DNA of 64,000 nucleotides from Daphnia carinata (lineage: Eukaryota): assembly GCF_022539665.2 (NCBI RefSeq), contig NC_081334.1, positions 1,488,001-1,552,000 of the forward strand, read 5' to 3'. This document shows, one piece after another, positions 59,218 to 64,000 of the stretch (position 1 is the stretch's first letter; each line of letters opens with the position of its first letter). The position numbers and the translations under genes were made by a program. A model generated the notes under the pieces. It did not search any database. It was not told where the DNA came from and worked only from the letters and a program-made list of their open reading frames with translations.

Positions 59218-62059
59218 TAAATCGTATGCGTTCGTTAACTTTCAAGCCCGGCTTAAAAATAGTAAGTCCCAATGTTTGATATTTCAGCTTTCTGATACAT
59301 TACTGTAGTTTATTATTACATACATTGATTATTATTTTAAGGAACATTTTGAATGCTGAAAATTCAAATCCTTAGTCTAACTGGGATATGCTCGACAACT
59401 TGCTATTTATGTGCTTCGATTTGATAAGGCATAAGAGTTTATCTGTACGAAATATTTGATCCTCCTAAAAAAATGGATCATCGCAACGTAATTAGACATT
59501 GGTGGCAGTACTCTCTGATCAGGGACAAAGTTACTATTAGCGGGTTACAGCAATGGATCAAACCCAGCAATATGGCTGCAATAATAGTAACTCCGTATTC
59601 ATAAAGAAAGAATTAGAACAAATTTGCAAGCAGCAGAATGAAGCATTGGGTAGCTCTGAAAGAGCTGATCTTTTACCAGCAGTCTTTCGTCTCGGAGGTT
59701 TATCATTTTGTTCATTTCCTTAGGTGCACTGAAGATGGCTTTATTTGTTCAGAACTCAATAGGGACAGGATAAATCTCCAGCAAAATCTAAAATATTTAG
59801 GGTTGACGTAAACCTCAGGCAACGCATTGATAAATGTTTCACTTTTCTTCTACCAGATGCCAGACTAACTATTTTCGGCGCATGTTCACCATAACGTGTA
59901 CTATTTTACGTTTGCAATTTGAAAACCTCTTCGTTTATATGGCAATCCGTTTTACCCATAATAAAAATAAAAAACATTGGCCTTTTTTTTCTCATTTACG
60001 GCTATCGCCATCTACCGGTAACATTTCTAGTTAATTCGCTACATACACCGACCGAAAAAATTTTAAGCCCGACTTTCTGTTTTTTATGGTTAATTCAAAA
60101 AGTAAATGCCTAATATAAAAAAAAAACCCATTTTTTTGATCAGCGATCAATTTCGAATCGGAATAATGGGGGAAAACGGATTGCCATAGATTGCATCAAA
60201 CTTACCCATTCGGCAACCCAAGTGTGCATATGTTTTTCTTTGATAATTATTTTATTTTGCTAGTATGTTTGGTAAACTGCAAACATGCCCAATATTTTTG
60301 CCTTTGCATTTTAGGTCAACTCTTAGGTGATCTATACCTGATCCTGTGTTTTAAAGTGATCTGCTTTCACAGCTCCATTTTTGTGTTCTTTTCCGTTGGT
60401 CTATGGTTCTGAATTGAGGCAAGTATATCTATCATGCTATGTTACTAAGTACTATAGGGAAAAGAATAACTGAAGTTGATCGAGATCTATTCTGATTCTC
60501 CTGATATCCATCTCAACAGGTTTTTATTTGCTTTTCAACATCCATTTTATAGTGGTACATGTGGCTTTGATTAATATTACCATAAAGACTGCCGAAAATG
60601 GGTGTGGTACGGAAACCCAGAAATGGCATGAGTTCAACATCAAACATGGATTAGGTACTTTCCGGTTTTTTGTCTGTTGAAAAAGTATTTTTAATGCTAT
60701 TATTTTGCATTCACAGAATTTTAGCGGGGGATCAAGTCAAATCTGGAATTATTACAGGATGGAAGAGTGAGCCTACAGTTGAAAAAACACTGAGAATGCA
60801 TTACCATTAAGGTATGAGGTAAAGTAATAGAGTATGCACATTGTCTAATGAGAAGTATCATCTTGTGAAATGAATCTTGTATAACAGCAATCCTTTATAG
60901 TTCTGTCACAGCTAGAAGCCTCAAATAATTCTGCTTCTCTTGCTAAAGAACAACTTGTCCTTACGTTCTGAGTGTTGGTGAAGCTGGGTACTTAAATGGC
61001 CCTAAAGATGTTTCACTTCGCTGGCATTGCAGCGATGAACATCATACATGGACTCTTTAGGTATGAACGGAATTTTCTTGAAAAAATTTTGAATTTATGA
61101 CGAAGCATTTCTCCTCCTTTTTGCCAACCATGTCTAATCTACAACAAAAAAAAATTATCCAATAGGAAAGGATTTTCAGCATACTGGGAACACAACTATC
61201 AACAATGCAACATTCTACGGGTGCTATTTTGTCATTCAAGAGCCTTATACAATGATTTTCATCTGCAATTTGTATGGCCTTTCCCAAGCTTCTGCCAGAA
61301 GTTGAATCTATGAGTCATGTAAGTCACATGAGCAACAATTGAGATGCTTAATGGTGTTGTTTTTCTTTTCTCAGTATAGGTTAATAGTAACATGGATCTG
61401 AAAAGATTCTTGGTTGGGGCAAGACACTGAATAAATTGTAATGATTGGATGGATGACATGACATTTCTATACTTCATTCGGATTCTCGAGACGGTATTTT
61501 ATATTTAAAAAATTGAAGTGCATATCTGGGCTCCCTTCCTTTCCGTAGCCCCGTTTCCCCTTGACTCGTAATAAGCCCGTAGGGGGTCATGCCCCTACTG
61601 TACGGTATATATAAAAATAACATATACCGAGGTTTGGAGGGCTCTGGCCGGAAAGGGGACGTGGGGGTCCGCTTAGTCCGATGATGTGTTCACGGAGGGC
61701 TGTGTGGCTACCCACAAATCCGAACTAAAGGTTAATCGCTCCAGTAAAAATGTTCCAAATCTTCAGCTCTTCTTCCGGCTTCTCTTAGCCAATCACCGGG
61801 TAATCTCCCCGGTGGGTCAACAAGGCAGTGTCTCCCCCTGCCTGGGTTGACGGCAACTTTTGAAAGGGCTATTGTGCCTTTTTAAAGTTGCAAAAATAAT
61901 TGTGATATGCCGAGAATTGTCAATAAAATTTTTTTTAGAAAATATTTTTTGCAAAATTTGTTTCTTTCATTGTCTGTGTTCGCTGTGTTCATTCATCAAT
62001 TTTTTTTTATTTATAATGTATAACGTACATTTTTCACACATTTTACAACCATGGACAAT

Positions 62060-62134
62060 GTCGAATGGTGTGGGACTTGAACCACAAACCTATAGCATTC
62101 CAGCACAGCGCGCTACCATTGCGCCATGAATGTC
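62060..62134 (-). other. tRNA-like / SINE-head unit with Pol III A and B boxes (not a canonical cloverleaf)
   Basis: On the minus strand, A box TGGCGCAATGG (62126-62116) and B box GGTTCAAGTCC (62083-62073) have tRNA-like spacing. The acceptor stem does not pair. Confidence 0.65.
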
Positions 62135-62223
62135 CTTTTCTAGGCTGATTAAAATTTTGATGCGGATGTTGAAATAAGTTCGACACAAGGTTATTATGGA
62201 ATGCCTATCATGATATTAATAAG

Positions 62224-62296
62224 TTATAGATGGCATAATGGTAAAGCTACTGATTGGCACGCTAGAATACTTGGGTTCGATCCCCATACCAGTCAA
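62224..62296 (+). other. Second tRNA-like / SINE-head unit, divergent from and related to the first
   Basis: A box TGGCATAATGG (62231-62241) and B box GGTTCGATCCC (62274-62284), followed by an A-rich (taaa)n stretch. Confidence 0.6.
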
Positions 62297-62431
62297 TAAA
62301 ACAACTAAATAAATAAATGCAATAAATAAATAATCTTACAAAGCATTTTATTTTCCCTCCTTCCACCCACAATCCACCACTATACATGTTCCACATAATA
62401 CATACAACAATACATACATATATACACTTAA

Positions 62432-62750
62432 AACTAACCCGTTGGCTGCCACGCCATCTTAACTACGGTCGCTACGTCGCTATCATAGGGATAGCGACCA
62501 AGGGGGCCGGGTAGGCCGGGCTGATACGATGATGAGACCTTTACGGGAATGCACACCCCAGGTCTCATCTATCGCATCGATCAAGGGAAATTCCCTATGG
62601 TGCATTGCCTAAGGGGCCATCCGGCCAATCTTGGGCAGTGGCGCTGCTCCACTCCATGGCAGATAGCCATGGAGCAGAACAGCGCGGCCCGTCCCTGTCA
62701 AGCTACAAAAAAAAGGGGATAAAAGGTGGGTGGCAGCCAACGGGTTAGTT
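62432..62750. mobile_element. MITE-like element, 319 bp, with perfect 21-bp terminal inverted repeats and a highly structured interior
   Basis: aactaacccgttggctgccac (62432-62452) is the exact reverse complement of 62730-62750. TTAA occurs at 62428-62431 and 62749-62752, and CCC..GGG lies near the ends, reminiscent of TTAA-targeting elements. The TSD assignment is ambiguous. Confidence 0.65.
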
Positions 62751-62786
62751 AACAATAAACATTACAAAACACACACAATACCAAGA

Positions 62787-62884
62787 AGACGAGGCGACGG
62801 CGGGATGACGGGCGAGGCGACGACGGGCGAGTTGACGGCGGGCGAGGCGACGGGCGAGGCGACGGCGGGACGACGGGCGAGGCA
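62787..62884. repeat. GC-rich degenerate short tandem repeat (gacgggcgaggc-like units)
   Basis: Directly visible repeated gacgggcgag(gc) and gacggcggg units. Confidence 0.75.
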
Positions 62885-64000
62885 AAACCGAGTGATGAGC
62901 TAGGTGCAGACAGATGATGAAGCGTGATGGGCAAAACTTAGAATCTTAATTTCCAATTTTGCGTGGTACTCAAGGAGAAGATGGTATGGTTCTAAATGAT
63001 AAATTTTAGGAAAACATGTTACTACATGAAGAATATAGGATTGTTGGCTTAATTATAACAAATAAGGCAATTTTACTTGCAACTGTTATCCAAAGAATCA
63101 AGAATTGTAAGAGCAGCCAATTTTGCTGAAGAAGGCAGAGGCTTGGCAGTCCTGCGATGGAATACTAAATTTGAAGAAAAGCAATACTAGGCAAGCCAAT
63201 AACTTAAAATACCAAAAGAGACTGGTTTGACATTCATGTCATTGTGTGTTGGCTGGTGGTGGTTAATTGTTTGTAACAAAACAAAGTGCAACACAATCTA
63301 TCAGAGCAAAACTGATTCTGATATCTGGGCGAAGTGCAGCAAAATGGGACAGTGGCATTTTGATTCTACGTATGCACATCATTGATAATCATCTTCCAGG
63401 TTATCATCTTTTGTGCTGCAAGTTCCACGAGCAAGATCTTAAAGGTAGAATCATGCCAATTGGTTTACAGACAGCCAAAGTACAAGTTAGATACCTATCA
63501 ATCAGCAACGGAATAGCATGATGGAATGCCAAGGTCATCTAACAGGGTAATGTATGACTGTTTGGAATTAGCAGCTTGCTTAGCTTACAAGATTACCTGT
63601 TGCATGAAAAATGAACCATTTGGTATGCTTCACTTCCAAAAGCTACACAGGGAATTAATAACTTAATTGTTTGTTTGATATAACGTTTCCGTTGGAGTAT
63701 AACACAATTAACCAAAACTTTTAAACACAGATTTCACTTGTCACACCACAGCCACAGGTAGCTATACAGAAACAAATGAAGTCCCGCACTAGCGACACCT
63801 GGTTTTTTTATTTACAACTAAAATAATGGCGAATCTTAAATTTCAAAACAATGCGAATCATCAGAATTTCAAAACAAGTTGTTTATTCAGTAATATAAAT
63901 ATATTTTTTTGGAAAATTCATTCCAAAAATCATTATTTGGGCTCCCCATTTAACAAGGATTTCATTGCTATTCTATATGCGCGTACCCAACCAACACTAA

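Noticed and set aside
60550..61480. Possible decayed transposase or gene fragments
   Set aside because: There are short open segments and splice-like sites but no recognisable motif, so no call is supported.
62060..62296. Functional tRNA genes
   Set aside because: A and B boxes are present, but acceptor and anticodon stems do not form, so they are recorded as tRNA-like only.
62453..62729. Hammerhead or HDV-like ribozyme
   Set aside because: I found no CUGAUGA..GAAA core. The GGCCGGG/UCCGGCC pairing lacks the HDV-type L3 and P1.1 nucleotides by eye, so no known class is assigned.
62749..62934. Pro/Ser/Arg-rich ORF
   Set aside because: It is explained by the GC-rich short tandem repeat, with no other coding evidence.

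Overview
Eukaryotic genomic DNA, AT-rich and compact, with mostly ~55-100 nt GT-AG introns. It looks like an arthropod genome, and the gene content and intron style suggest a Daphnia-like crustacean (inference). The supplied ORF track is mostly uninformative because genes are spliced, so I built gene models by hand from splice signals. In order they are: G-protein gamma (-), SARAF (+), an ionotropic-receptor pseudogene (-), eIF2B-gamma (+), SOSS-B/NABP (+), TEX264 (-), CaMKI (+, with alternative terminal exons), a candidate small orphan gene (+), DPYD (+), DMTF1-like (+), a Cys-rich secreted/GPI-type protein (-), C1GALT1-like (+) and CHMP6 (+). The last ~7.5 kb has no recognisable protein gene. 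It holds the most unusual features: an array of ~12 TAGATGGCG (CTCF-like) motifs, and a symmetric cassette in which two head-to-head tRNA-like A/B-box units sit between two GC-rich multi-hairpin blocks, one of them bounded by perfect 21-bp inverted repeats. Some apparent frameshifts may be assembly errors, since very long homopolymers are present. No database searches or folding programs were run.
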